Counted from the stretch's first letter, positions 7,827 to 17,415 are shown. The stretch is DNA of 31,584 nt from Polyangiales bacterium (GCA_045106895.1 JBGCFM010000198.1:1-31584); one strand, 5' to 3'. The notes: generated by a model from the letters alone, not told the origin. Program-made: numbers and translations.

Positions 7827-9485
7827 TCAGTCGTAGAAGACGAGGTAGGAGCTCAGCTCAATGTTGCCGCCTCGCGGCTGAGCGTCGCCGAGGAGACCTT
7901 CATAGCTAACGCTGTTCTCTTCGCCGAGGACGATCTGGTCCGTCACGTCAAACACGTGCGGGTGCACGGGCTCTCCTGGACACCAACCGGCGCGAAGAGG
8001 AGCCCAGTTTCCGTACTGCCCGGGGATGACGCCTTCGCGCGCGCGCTCTGCACAGCCAAGAGGGCTCCCGATTCCGCTAGGAAACGAGACTTCGTTGTCG
8101 GCGCCGCCGTTGATGGCGAAGTGGTGTGTGTGGTTGCACCACTCGGCGCAGTTGTCCCCTTCGGTCTGGCCGTGGCCCGAGATGAGAACGACGAGCTCCG
8201 CGCGTGATGCGCTTGCCGGCGCGGTGACGACCACGTCGGGTCGGCCCTCATTGTAGGTCGCGTCGAAGTTGCCACCGCGGAAGAGTGGAAGAACTGTGGT
8301 CGCACCGGCGCTGTCTGGATGTGAGCGCAGTGCGATGCGAACGTCGCGTGGCGTCGCTCGCTCCCAGGTAGGACCGAGGACGAGGCGGAAGGTGGTCGGC
8401 CCTGCCTGAAGCAAAGCTGCTCGGTCCGTGGCGTCGATGAGCCAGCGTCGCTCGCCTGGGCGCGAGTAGGGAGTGATCCAGCGGACGAGCTCGTTGGAGC
8501 CTTCGCAAGCTTCGTCATGACAAACGAAGAGCGCGGCGATGCGGTCCCACTCGGAACACTCCGCTGGGCCCTCGTGGCATACGAGCTGGACGTCGACTTC
8601 GACTTGGTGGGCGCCGATATCAGCGGGGAGCTCGATGTTGAGGAGGTGCTCGCGTTCGGTGACGCCGGTCTCGTCGAAGAGCACCGTCGTCGCGACGCCA
8701 GCAGCGTCTTCTTCAGCGATGCGCTCTTCAAGGCTCGCTTTGTAGTTGTAGTAGTGGGAGACGTAGCCAGCCATGGGCAGCCGCGAGACGAACCCCGCGC
8801 CGGTGACCGCAGCGAGCGAGCCGACGGGGTCGAAGCGTTGGCCGCGGTCGATGCCGAAGGCACGCTCGCGACTGCCGAGCGCGCGAATGAACGCGCCGAC
8901 ACTTCCGTCGATGCCTTGCACCGCACCGGCGACAACATGAAGACGGGGCGCCCAGTGTTCGCGTTCGTCCGTGCTGATTCGGGCGAGCGTCTCGTCGATG
9001 CTCGTGCGCATTGTCTCGAGCAAAGGCGTCCGGACGCTCTCGTCGTTTTCGTAGCTCGTGAAGAAGTAGTGGACGTTGCGCGCGGAAGCTTCGAGGAGCT
9101 GGTCGACGAAGCCGTTGAACACCTGCGTCGACGACTCGTCGCCGGCGTGGTTGATGAACACGTAGCTGTCGCAGCCGCTGAAGGACTCGGCGAAGCCAAA
9201 GCGACCGCCGCCGACTTCGTTGATGCGGAAATCGCCGGCGACCTCTCCGTAGGCGAGCGTTTCGGAGCCCTCCTGAAACGGGCGGAGTGTCCGGGACGGG
9301 TCTTCGCAAGAGGGCACGAGCGGAACGTCCGGCGCGGGCACATCGGCGCCAGCGTCGAGGACCGGAACGTCACGTCCCGCGTCGCTAACGTCGGGTTGTC
9401 CCGCGTCGAGAATCGGGAGCGTCGAGTCGTCGCCGCAGGCAAACGCCACGAGGACGCAAAGGAGCGTGAGCGCGCGGCGTATCAC
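7827..9485 (-). CDS. Peptide-N-glycosidase F-like lipoprotein
   Basis: Lipobox (AFAC-GDD) and DAG-rich linker, then PNGase F motifs CSEWDR, ELVRWITPY, SGHG, CAEWC and RAGWCPG. GTG start overlaps the upstream stop (GTGA). Confidence 0.85.
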   Translation of the reverse strand: MIRRALTLLCVLVAFACGDDSTLPILDAGQPDVSDAGRDVPVLDAGADVPAPDVPLVPSCEDPSRTLRPFQEGSETLAYGEVAGDFRINEVGGGRFGFAESFSGCDSYVFINHAGDESSTQVFNGFVDQLLEASARNVHYFFTSYENDESVRTPLLETMRTSIDETLARISTDEREHWAPRLHVVAGAVQGIDGSVGAFIRALGSRERAFGIDRGQRFDPVGSLAAVTGAGFVSRLPMAGYVSHYYNYKASLEERIAEEDAAGVATTVLFDETGVTEREHLLNIELPADIGAHQVEVDVQLVCHEGPAECSEWDRIAALFVCHDEACEGSNELVRWITPYSRPGERRWLIDATDRAALLQAGPTTFRLVLGPTWERATPRDVRIALRSHPDSAGATTVLPLFRGGNFDATYNEGRPDVVVTAPASASRAELVVLISGHGQTEGDNCAEWCNHTHHFAINGGADNEVSFPSGIGSPLGCAERAREGVIPGQYGNWAPLRAGWCPGEPVHPHVFDVTDQIVLGEENSVSYEGLLGDAQPRGGNIELSSYLVFYD

Positions 9486-10618
9486 TCCGCGGCCTCGGGT
9501 GCCGCCTCGCCTGCTTCGCCTTCGGGCTCAGCTCCCTCGGGCTCGGCTTCCATCGCGCTGGTGCCCATGCTGCTGGCGCGCTGTCGCATCATCTCGCCAT
9601 GACCGGGGAAGGCAGGCGCCGCTTCGATGGGGTCCAAGTGGATGCTGCGGAGGAGGTCCGATTGAATCTCCACGGTGGCCTCGCGGCGAAGCCCACGAGA
9701 GAAGTCGCTCATCGCTTCGCTGCGCCGCTCGCGCCAGAGCTTCACACGAATGCCGTCGGCGGCGCTGGCCAGCGTGCGCTGCTCTTCGAGTCGTCGGCCC
9801 GTGAGCTTGACGATGGAGAAGTACTCGCCGGTCTGCACAACGTCGCTCACGTCGCCAACGGTCTGGAGCGCGAAAGCTGCCTCGACGATAACGGAGTCCA
9901 CGGGAGGATCCGGCTCGCGTGTGGCGGGGCCTTCTTCGCGGACCGGCGCCGTGGCGCTCGGGGAACGCCCGTTGCGCATGAAGTAACGCAGGTCGCCACC
10001 GCGGAACTTCGTCTCCGTGTCGATGGAGTGCGCTCGGACGAGGTTTCGAAAGCCGCGAGCGTCGGCGGCACGCGCCTCTTCAAGCACCGCCTCGGCGGCC
10101 TCTCGGCTCTCGAAGAGAATGTGCGCCGCGCGTGACATCGCCGGCCGGCGGAACTCTTCGCTGTGGGATTCGAAGTAAGCGAGAATGTCCTCATCGCTGA
10201 TGCTCTGCCGCGTGTTCTGCTCGTCGATCTGCACGCGAATGATGTTCTGAACCAGCGACTCCTTGTAGGCCCGTTTGACCGCTGTGTTTTCACCGTAGCC
10301 GCGACGCTCGGCCTCTTGGGCGAGGAGCATCGAGCGTACGAGGCCGTCGGCGAACTCCTGCAGACGGCGAGGTTGCCGCAGCTGCTCGCGCATGATGGGC
10401 GCTTGGAGCGCGATCTGGTCCTCGAGGTCGCCCACGGTGAGGCGGGTGTCGCCCATACGTGCGTAAGTGCGAGCCCGGCGCGCTTCGTCTTGCTCGGACG
10501 GGCCTTCATCGGCGGCAGTCTCGGGCGCCGCCGTCTCCGGAGTGTCAGGCGCCTGCGCTAGCGCGGAGCCAGAACCGAGAGCCAAGACCAGAGCAACAAA
10601 CGTAAAAAGGCGCGTCAT
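9482..10618 (-). CDS. Exported parvulin (PpiC)-type peptidyl-prolyl isomerase
   Basis: Signal peptide (ALA-Q), SurA/PrsA-like helical N-terminal region, rotamase motifs AAHILF, HSID..TK.RGGDL.YF and AAFALQTVGDVSDVV. Confidence 0.88.
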   Translation of the reverse strand: MTRLFTFVALVLALGSGSALAQAPDTPETAAPETAADEGPSEQDEARRARTYARMGDTRLTVGDLEDQIALQAPIMREQLRQPRRLQEFADGLVRSMLLAQEAERRGYGENTAVKRAYKESLVQNIIRVQIDEQNTRQSISDEDILAYFESHSEEFRRPAMSRAAHILFESREAAEAVLEEARAADARGFRNLVRAHSIDTETKFRGGDLRYFMRNGRSPSATAPVREEGPATREPDPPVDSVIVEAAFALQTVGDVSDVVQTGEYFSIVKLTGRRLEEQRTLASAADGIRVKLWRERRSEAMSDFSRGLRREATVEIQSDLLRSIHLDPIEAAPAFPGHGEMMRQRASSMGTSAMEAEPEGAEPEGEAGEAAPEAAE

Positions 10619-10689
10619 CGGCTACAGCGTACACTGAGCCGGACGCGCCGCAATACGGGGAAACCCGTGAGCTAGGGCAAAAGCGCGGG

Positions 10690-11682
10690 CTAGAAGCCGT
10701 AGCTCATGTTGGCGCCAGCGAAGAAGCCGCTGAAGAGGTCGAAACCGCCATCCACGCGGATCAAGAGCTGCTTGATGGGCTTGATGCGAATCGCGAGGTT
10801 CGGGACAGCCAAGCGGAAGTAGAGGTTCGGGACGCTGCCGCCGTCGAACCACTTGGAGGCGATGCCGCCGACGCCTGTGAGGTCCCCGTCACCATCGACG
10901 TCGTCGCACTCACCGGGTCCGCCCATGGACATGTCCTGGCAGGGAGCCCACTCGCCGTTGCCATCTCGGTAAGCTTCGGTGCGTCGGAGGTCGCCAAGCA
11001 GAGCGCCGAGACCGATGCCGAGGCCGTACTGAATGCCGACGATGTCGTTGAACTGCGTGCCCCACATGAGGTCGACGCTGGCCATGATGCCGAAGAGCTC
11101 GCTGTTGATGATCTCCGTCTCGACCTGGTCATCCCCGCTACCAAGGAAAGGACCGTCGACCCCGTAGCCCTGGTAGTAGACGCTCGTGACGATGTCGAAG
11201 TTGTCTTTGCGGTAGGTGAACGAAAGACCGAAGGCCGAGTTGTTCGTTGGCGTGTACTCGTCGAGGAAGAGGCCCAGCATAAAGCCCGGGGTCCACGTGT
11301 GACGGTAGAACGCGCCGAGGAACATGTAGGTCTCGGCGGGGTCCTCGTAAGGGTCCGTGCTTGAACGCTGCTCGTCCACGCCGAGCTCGTTCTCGGCGAC
11401 AACCTGCTCGTCGCTCATGAGACCACTCTGCGTGGGGTCGCCTGGGTCCGGCTCCGCCATGTCGGGTTCGGCGAGGGCCGCTTCGTCGGCTTCGGCTTCA
11501 GCGACGGCCTCCACGGCCACCTCTTCGGCGGCCGGCGCGATGGCGACCTCAGCGGAGGCTCCGCCGCCTCGAGCAGAGAGCACCGGTTCTTCGTCAAGGC
11601 TCTCCTGAGCCGAAACGTTGACGGACACGCCCGCGAGGGCGAGCAATAGGGAGAGTGAAATAAGTTGTCGAAGAGCAAGCAT
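10690..11682 (-). CDS. Exported hypothetical protein, probable outer-membrane beta-barrel
   Basis: Signal peptide (VSA-Q), acidic linker, alternating aromatic/Gly amphipathic strands and C-terminal SYGF. GGAGG lies upstream. Confidence 0.7.
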   Translation of the reverse strand: MLALRQLISLSLLLALAGVSVNVSAQESLDEEPVLSARGGGASAEVAIAPAAEEVAVEAVAEAEADEAALAEPDMAEPDPGDPTQSGLMSDEQVVAENELGVDEQRSSTDPYEDPAETYMFLGAFYRHTWTPGFMLGLFLDEYTPTNNSAFGLSFTYRKDNFDIVTSVYYQGYGVDGPFLGSGDDQVETEIINSELFGIMASVDLMWGTQFNDIVGIQYGLGIGLGALLGDLRRTEAYRDGNGEWAPCQDMSMGGPGECDDVDGDGDLTGVGGIASKWFDGGSVPNLYFRLAVPNLAIRIKPIKQLLIRVDGGFDLFSGFFAGANMSYGF

Positions 11683-11785
11683 AAGTAAGAGGTCCTCCGC
11701 CCCTAGATGTAGCCGGGACGGCGCCTTCTTACCAGTTTTGCGCTCTCATGAAAGGCGTGCCCAGAGGAGGCTGCCTCATCACGAG

Positions 11786-12697
11786 CTAGGAGGCGGGCGT
11801 GATGAAACTCAACCAAGCCTCTGCGAGGGCTGGAGCCTCAAACCAGTGGACCATGTGGCCAACGCCCGGAATCTCTACGAATTCATGGTTCGGAATCTGG
11901 CCGTAGCGCGCTTCTTCGTCCGGCAAGCGGTAGCCCTTCTCGCCGGCGACCACCAACGTGGGACAAGGAATACGCTTGAGGAAGGCCCCGAAGACCTCGG
12001 TGCGAAAGGGCATCGGCGAGGTGCTCCGGTGGAGCGGATCAAAGCGCCAGTGTCGCTGGCCCTCGACGTCCGTGGGGCGCGTAGACTTCTCGGCGAGGAA
12101 AAGACCGAGCTCGTCGTCGAGGGTTGGGTTCTGGATGCGCATTCGCTTGAGGGCGTCTTCGATCGATAGCGGTCTAGGGTCGCGGCCGGCCGATTTTGCG
12201 ACGCTGTCGAACCACGCACGCATCTTCCCCGGGGAGCGCTCAAACTTGTAAGGCGGCGGTCCAAGGCCCTCGATGAGGGTGAGCGTTTTCAGCTTCTCGC
12301 CGCGCACGCCGGCGAACATGGTGCTGACGGTGCCGCCCATGGAATGCGCGATGAGATGCGCCTTGGTTTCCTCCGGTCCGCCAACCAGCTGCGGAAAGAG
12401 CCGCTCAAGGTCGAGGACGTAGTCCGGGAAATGGTAGTAGCCGCCCTTGCCGACCCACTCGCTCTCGCCGTGCCCGCGCCAGTCCCAAGCGACTACGCGG
12501 TAGCCGCGCGCCGCGAGGCCTTCAGCGAGCGCGCGAAAGCTCCAAGCAAGATCGAGGAACCCGTGGGCCAAGAGTACGGTCTCTTCGGCCTCATCGTTCC
12601 ACGTCAGCACGTGGTGACGAAGACCGTTGGCGACAACGAAGGACTCCACTGGGTTCATCGAGGGAGATGCGGGCTTGTTCATCGAATGCTGGGTCAT
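11786..12697 (-). CDS. Alpha/beta-fold hydrolase
   Basis: HGFLD, DWRGHGES, nucleophile AHSMGG and catalytic His in VGHMVH. ATGA overlap with the thiO stop. Confidence 0.93.
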   Translation of the reverse strand: MTQHSMNKPASPSMNPVESFVVANGLRHHVLTWNDEAEETVLLAHGFLDLAWSFRALAEGLAARGYRVVAWDWRGHGESEWVGKGGYYHFPDYVLDLERLFPQLVGGPEETKAHLIAHSMGGTVSTMFAGVRGEKLKTLTLIEGLGPPPYKFERSPGKMRAWFDSVAKSAGRDPRPLSIEDALKRMRIQNPTLDDELGLFLAEKSTRPTDVEGQRHWRFDPLHRSTSPMPFRTEVFGAFLKRIPCPTLVVAGEKGYRLPDEEARYGQIPNHEFVEIPGVGHMVHWFEAPALAEAWLSFITPAS

Positions 12698-13806
12698 CGA
12701 AAACGTCCTGGGTCGACGAGGGGTGCGAAGGGTGACGGCGTGTCACCGAGTATGGCGCGCGTGAGAATATCGGCGCTGATAGGCGCTTGGAGGATGCCGT
12801 TTCGAAAGTGACCCGTGGAGAGCCAGACGCCCTTGGGCCCGGCAGCTCCGACGAGGGGCAGGTCGTCTCCGGTGCCGGGACGAAAGCTCGCCCACTGGTT
12901 TAGAATCGGGGCGTGGCGGAGGCGCGGCGCGACGCGAACGGCCATGGCCAAGATGGCGCTCATGCCTTCGAAGCTCACTTCTTTTCGGAAACCGACGCGC
13001 TCTTCGGTGGAGCCGCAGAGCACCTCGCCGCTCGGTCGCGTGACGATATAGCCGCCGGCGCCGAAGACGATGCGACGAAAGAGCGGCGGCCTCGAGCGCG
13101 TCTCGACGATCTGCCCACGAACCGGATGCACCTTTGCGCTCTCGATGCCCAAGCCGGGCACAAGCCCCGTCCAGCTGCCAGCGGCGACGACGACGTGATC
13201 GGCTTCGAGTGTGTCCTCCCCGACAAGCACACGCGGAGAGCCATCGCCATGCTCCACCCCGCGAACGAACGCACCTGAACGAAACACCGCGCCGGCGCGT
13301 TCAGCGGCGATGGCGAGGGCGGGCAAGAAGCGCTTCGGCTCGAGCTGCGCCGCGAGCTCAAAGTCGAGGGCCCCGAGGGCTTCGTCGCTGAGCGCGGGCT
13401 CACGCCGGCGCGCTTCGGCGCCGTCGATAAACTCGGAAGCGCTGCCCGGGATTTCATACTCCGCGAGCTTCTCGTGAAATCTCTTGAGATGAGCATGTTC
13501 ATGCGCCGACAGCGCCGCGGCGAGGACACCACAGCGGCGAAAGCCTACGTCGATGCCGTGCTCTTGCTTGAGCTCGTCGGCGAGCGTCTCGTGGAGGTCA
13601 CGACTGGCCACACCGAGCGGCAAAAGCTGCTCGGGACGCGGAACGTGAGCGGCCTCGAAGCTCGGGGCGAGGATACCCGCTGCGGCGCTGGAGGCTTCGG
13701 CGCCAGGAACGCTCCGCTCGAGGACGAGAACGTCGGCTCCTCCTTGCGCTAAGCGAAGAGCGCTCATGCAGCCCATCACCCCGCCGCCGATGACGATCAC
13801 CTTCAT
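12694..13806 (-). CDS. thiO: Glycine oxidase ThiO-like FAD-dependent oxidoreductase
   Basis: IGGGVMG FAD motif, EASSAAAGIL, VVAAGSW, PVRGQ, FRPGT.D.LP and GHFRNGIL.AP. Confidence 0.85.
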   Translation of the reverse strand: MKVIVIGGGVMGCMSALRLAQGGADVLVLERSVPGAEASSAAAGILAPSFEAAHVPRPEQLLPLGVASRDLHETLADELKQEHGIDVGFRRCGVLAAALSAHEHAHLKRFHEKLAEYEIPGSASEFIDGAEARRREPALSDEALGALDFELAAQLEPKRFLPALAIAAERAGAVFRSGAFVRGVEHGDGSPRVLVGEDTLEADHVVVAAGSWTGLVPGLGIESAKVHPVRGQIVETRSRPPLFRRIVFGAGGYIVTRPSGEVLCGSTEERVGFRKEVSFEGMSAILAMAVRVAPRLRHAPILNQWASFRPGTGDDLPLVGAAGPKGVWLSTGHFRNGILQAPISADILTRAILGDTPSPFAPLVDPGRFR

Positions 13807-13887
13807 CCGAGGGATCTACTTGAGTCTCTCGGGCACACAAGGCGGCCGGAAAGGTGTCCTGGGCGGCGCTTCTGCTATGGTTCGCCG

Positions 13888-14628
13888 ATGCGCTTATCTT
13901 CGATGCTGGTCCCCCTCCTTGTTTTTTCACTCGCCTGTGGCGACGATGACTCCTCCACCGATGCTGGCAGTGACGGCGGGACATCGGACGCGAGTACACC
14001 GGACGCGAACCCAGGGGATACAGGCAGCCCCGGTCCTCGAGACGCCGGCGAAGCTGACGCCGGACCAAACGACGGCGGCGCCGTTGATGCCGGCGGCGCA
14101 GATGCCGGCGGAACCGATGCCGGCGGAACCGATGCCGGCGGCGCAGATGCCGGCGGCGCAGATGCCGGTCCGGCGCTCCCCGTCTGCGGACCTGGCGTTG
14201 AAGGAAGCTGCTGCTTCGACATCAGTGAGACGCTTGGCGATCTTCCCTTCGTTTTGCCCGATACCTTCAACGAAGCCACGCCTACGTGGAACCGGCCAAC
14301 GGACGACTGCCCTTCGGATGCGCTAAGCGAAGACGCAGTGCCCTTTGTCACCTACACCTACTGCAACTACGGCGAAGCCGCGGCAGACTTCCAGTTTGAG
14401 GTCCTCGCCGTCGAAGAAGACGGCCCTGTGCCCGTGCTCGTCGCGTACTCAGGCAGCGAGATCAACGCCGACCCGCTCATGTGTGGCGCGTTCAACGAGC
14501 CTCTTTTGGGCCTCGCGGAGCTTGTCATCACCCTTGCGCCTAATGAGGTGGTGACCATCGTTTCGACCACCCGCGACGCTATGGACTACGGCGATATTCA
14601 GTCCATCGCCGGCGAACCCGCGGAATAG
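13888..14628 (+). CDS. Hypothetical lipoprotein with DAGG-repeat linker
   Basis: Lipobox SLAC-GDDD, low-complexity DAG linker and a Cys-containing C-terminal domain. TGcTATGGT lies 6 nt before the ATG. Confidence 0.8.
   Translation: MRLSSMLVPLLVFSLACGDDDSSTDAGSDGGTSDASTPDANPGDTGSPGPRDAGEADAGPNDGGAVDAGGADAGGTDAGGTDAGGADAGGADAGPALPVCGPGVEGSCCFDISETLGDLPFVLPDTFNEATPTWNRPTDDCPSDALSEDAVPFVTYTYCNYGEAAADFQFEVLAVEEDGPVPVLVAYSGSEINADPLMCGAFNEPLLGLAELVITLAPNEVVTIVSTTRDAMDYGDIQSIAGEPAE
14041..14168 (+). repeat. In-frame 15-bp tandem repeat encoding DAGG(A/T)
   Basis: gatgccggcggcgca / gatgccggcggaacc, five full copies at 14086-14160 plus a partial copy, preceded by three degenerate units from 14041. 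Confidence 0.92.
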
Positions 14629-14683
14629 CCGCCGAACTCACAGGCGGGTAGCCATCTGGCGGCCGGAGCACTAGGCTAGGCCT

Positions 14684-15772
14684 GTGGGACCCCTTGAAAT
14701 CTTCCTCGCGGTCGTCGGGCTTTCGATTCTCGTCATCGCTCACGAGAGCGGTCACTACTTAGCGGCGCGGGCCTTCAAGATGAAGGTCCTGCGCTACAGC
14801 ATCGGCTTTGGTCCGACGCTCTTTAAGTACCAACCGAAGGGCAGCGACACGGTCTTCCAGGTCGCGGCGATTCCGTTCCTTGCCTACGTGCAAATCGCGG
14901 GGATGAACCCCTACGAGGAGAACGACCCGGACGAGGAAGGCCTCTTCAACGACGCCAGCCGCCTCGGTCGCATCGTCACCATCGCCGCGGGGCCCTTCGC
15001 CAACTACCTCACGGCGGCGATCATCGCCTTGGCCATCGGTCTCGTCGGGTGGCCTCCGGGCATCTTCCACCGGCTCTACCCCGATGACGCCCGCGTTGAG
15101 ATCCCGGCCATCGTGCCCATCGCGTCGGACATCCTCGAAGACTCCGCCGCGGCGGAAGCGGGCGTTGAGGTCGGCGACCAGATCGTCGCCGTTGCCGGCA
15201 CCGAGGTCGCGAACATGGAGGAGCTGCGCGAACAGACGCAGGCGCATGGCGGCGAGGCGACGGAGTACGTCGTGCTCCGCGACGGCGAACGACTCCCGCT
15301 AACGGTCACGCCCCGCGTCGTCGATGGCAATGCGCTCATCGGAATGCAGGCGGAGAGCCCCGAGATCGACATCGGACCGGTGAAGCTCGGTTTCGGTGAG
15401 GCGGCTACCTTGGCCATCGCCGTCCCCTGGAAGCTCACGGTCTATCAGCTGAGCGCCATCGGAAACATGATCACGCAGATGGACTCCAGCAACCTTGGCG
15501 GTCCCGTCGCTATCGCCAAAGGCTTCGGCGCCGCAGCACAACAAGGAGTGGTCTCCTTCTTTGTGATGATGATGATGATGTCCGTGGCGCTCGGGCTCTT
15601 CAACCTCTTGCCCTTCCCCGCCCTCGACGGCGGACGTCTCTTTTTCCTCGCCTACGAGGTCATCACTCGCCGAAAGCCAAACGAGCGTTTCGAGGCCGCG
15701 GTGCACACCGTCGGCATACTCATATTATTGGTCGTCCTGGCCCTGGTGACCGTGCGCGACATCGCGGGATGA
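14684..15772 (+). CDS. rseP: RseP-like site-2 (M50) intramembrane metalloprotease with PDZ domain
   Basis: HESGH zinc motif, SIGFGP, AGPFANY, PDZ (SAAAEAGVEVGDQIVAV) and FNLLPFPALDGG. Confidence 0.93.
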   Translation: MGPLEIFLAVVGLSILVIAHESGHYLAARAFKMKVLRYSIGFGPTLFKYQPKGSDTVFQVAAIPFLAYVQIAGMNPYEENDPDEEGLFNDASRLGRIVTIAAGPFANYLTAAIIALAIGLVGWPPGIFHRLYPDDARVEIPAIVPIASDILEDSAAAEAGVEVGDQIVAVAGTEVANMEELREQTQAHGGEATEYVVLRDGERLPLTVTPRVVDGNALIGMQAESPEIDIGPVKLGFGEAATLAIAVPWKLTVYQLSAIGNMITQMDSSNLGGPVAIAKGFGAAAQQGVVSFFVMMMMMSVALGLFNLLPFPALDGGRLFFLAYEVITRRKPNERFEAAVHTVGILILLVVLALVTVRDIAG

Positions 15773-17415
15773 GCGGCGCGCGCGTCAGACGAGGTTCGTC
15801 CGCCGCGCTGCCTCTGCTCGTCCTCCTGAGCTCCCTCGTACGAGCGGACGACACCCCGGTCCTCCACGAGTTTATCCCAAACATCGGCGACTCCGACCTG
15901 GACTTCGTCGACGGCGAGGGCGAGCCGTCCATCCTCTATGAAGGCGAACTGCTCTCAGCCCCCACCGGCGGCGGCCTCCGCCAAGGAGAGGTCCCCGTCG
16001 GCGCGCGCCGAGGAAACGCCGCCACACCGACCTTTCGCCCCGACCGTGTGACGAGCTTGGACGGGCAGCTGCAGTACTCGGCGGTCTTCACGCCCTCCGT
16101 CGCTCCATTCAAACGCACCACTTCCCTCGATGCCGTCGTTCGGCTTCGTAACGGCGTCCCGGTGTTGGGCATCGCGCGACCTGATCGAAGCCCCATCACC
16201 ATCGAAGGCCCGGGCGTCGCGCCGCCGGATTCGCGCCCCCGTGACAGGTTTTGGGGCAGCCTTGTCCTCGACTTTCGTGAGGGCAACGACGTGCCTTTTC
16301 CAAGCGTGTCTCCCGAGTCGAGGGTACTGAGCCTTCGGACCGAACCGCCGACGGACCTACGCCTTGAGCGAGACGAGTCCGGGAACTTCAACGCGCATAC
16401 CAATCAACCCGCCGGGCAAGTTCGCGTCGTCTTTCTCATGGACGCGCCGCGCGCCTACTTTGCCGCCGAGACGATCCCAAACGTGTCGAGCGACCTCCTC
16501 TCGGACGAGCTCTATCCCCTCGACGATGCACTGCAGAGCGACGGGCTTCGCTTTGCGGCGGAGCTCGGCATCGAGCGCGGAGATCCAATGCCGGAGGTCC
16601 TCTCCACACTTACGCGACACTTCCGCAGCTTCGTCGAGTCGGACCTGCCGCCGGACGACACCGGCAACATCTACCTGGACCTGGCGCGCAGCGGACGAGG
16701 CGTGTGCAGGCATCGCAGCTACGCGTTCTTGATCACGGCGCAGGCGCTCGGAATTCCAACGCGTTTCGTACACAACGAAGCGCACGCCTGGGTCGAGGTC
16801 AAGATCGTAGAGGTCGGCTGGATGCGCATTGATCTGGGTGGCGCCGCAGGCGGCCTCGACACGAGCAATGCCTCCGACCGGCCCATCTACCGCGCGCCAT
16901 ACCCGGACCCCTTGCCGCGGCCGCCCTCTTATACCGGTGGCTACTCGCAACTCGCCGGCAACGTCAGCGGCCTCCGACCCGACGAGGCAGCAGCCGCGAA
17001 CTTGAGCGCCGCCACCGACCCGCAAGATACGTCGAGTGACGCTCCGCAAAACGGGCAAGCCCAGAACGTTGCTTCACAGAGCGATGTGCAAACGCCTTCG
17101 AACGGGCGTGCGCAAAACACGACGGCTCGGCCTCTGCGCATCATCCTGGACCAATCGGAACACGAAGCTCTTCGGGGACGAAGCGTACCGATCAGCGGCC
17201 GCGCCCTCGACCCCGAGGGGAACGGCGTCGGCGGGCTCCGCATTGAAATCGCCGTTCGGCGCCGAAGTCGACGTCTCCTTGGCGTGACGGTAACGAACGC
17301 AAACGGTCAGTTTCAAACGACCGTCGGCGTGCCTCCCGACCTGGGCGTTGGCGACTGGGTGTTGAGCGTGCGGACTCCAGGAAACGAAGACTACTTTCCG
17401 GCCCAAGCGCACTAG
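15769..17415 (+). CDS. Exported transglutaminase-like domain protein with C-terminal Ig/carboxypeptidase-regulatory-like domain
   Basis: Signal-like N-terminus and triad motifs GVCRH (Cys), EAHAWVEV (His), WMRIDLG (Asp). ATGA overlap with the rseP stop. Confidence 0.85.
   Translation: MSGARVRRGSSAALPLLVLLSSLVRADDTPVLHEFIPNIGDSDLDFVDGEGEPSILYEGELLSAPTGGGLRQGEVPVGARRGNAATPTFRPDRVTSLDGQLQYSAVFTPSVAPFKRTTSLDAVVRLRNGVPVLGIARPDRSPITIEGPGVAPPDSRPRDRFWGSLVLDFREGNDVPFPSVSPESRVLSLRTEPPTDLRLERDESGNFNAHTNQPAGQVRVVFLMDAPRAYFAAETIPNVSSDLLSDELYPLDDALQSDGLRFAAELGIERGDPMPEVLSTLTRHFRSFVESDLPPDDTGNIYLDLARSGRGVCRHRSYAFLITAQALGIPTRFVHNEAHAWVEVKIVEVGWMRIDLGGAAGGLDTSNASDRPIYRAPYPDPLPRPPSYTGGYSQLAGNVSGLRPDEAAAANLSAATDPQDTSSDAPQNGQAQNVASQSDVQTPSNGRAQNTTARPLRIILDQSEHEALRGRSVPISGRALDPEGNGVGGLRIEIAVRRRSRRLLGVTVTNANGQFQTTVGVPPDLGVGDWVLSVRTPGNEDYFPAQAH

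Noticed and set aside
7943..9602. 499-aa alternative-frame ORF (7943-9442) and 361-aa antisense ORF (8517-9602)
   Set aside because: Both overlap the PNGase F-like gene. One is S/R/T/A-rich and the other is an antisense mirror, typical GC artefacts.
15563..15580. (ATG)5 run in rseP as a phase-variation tract
   Set aside because: It is a short in-frame trinucleotide run encoding Met in a TM helix, so slippage would not switch expression.
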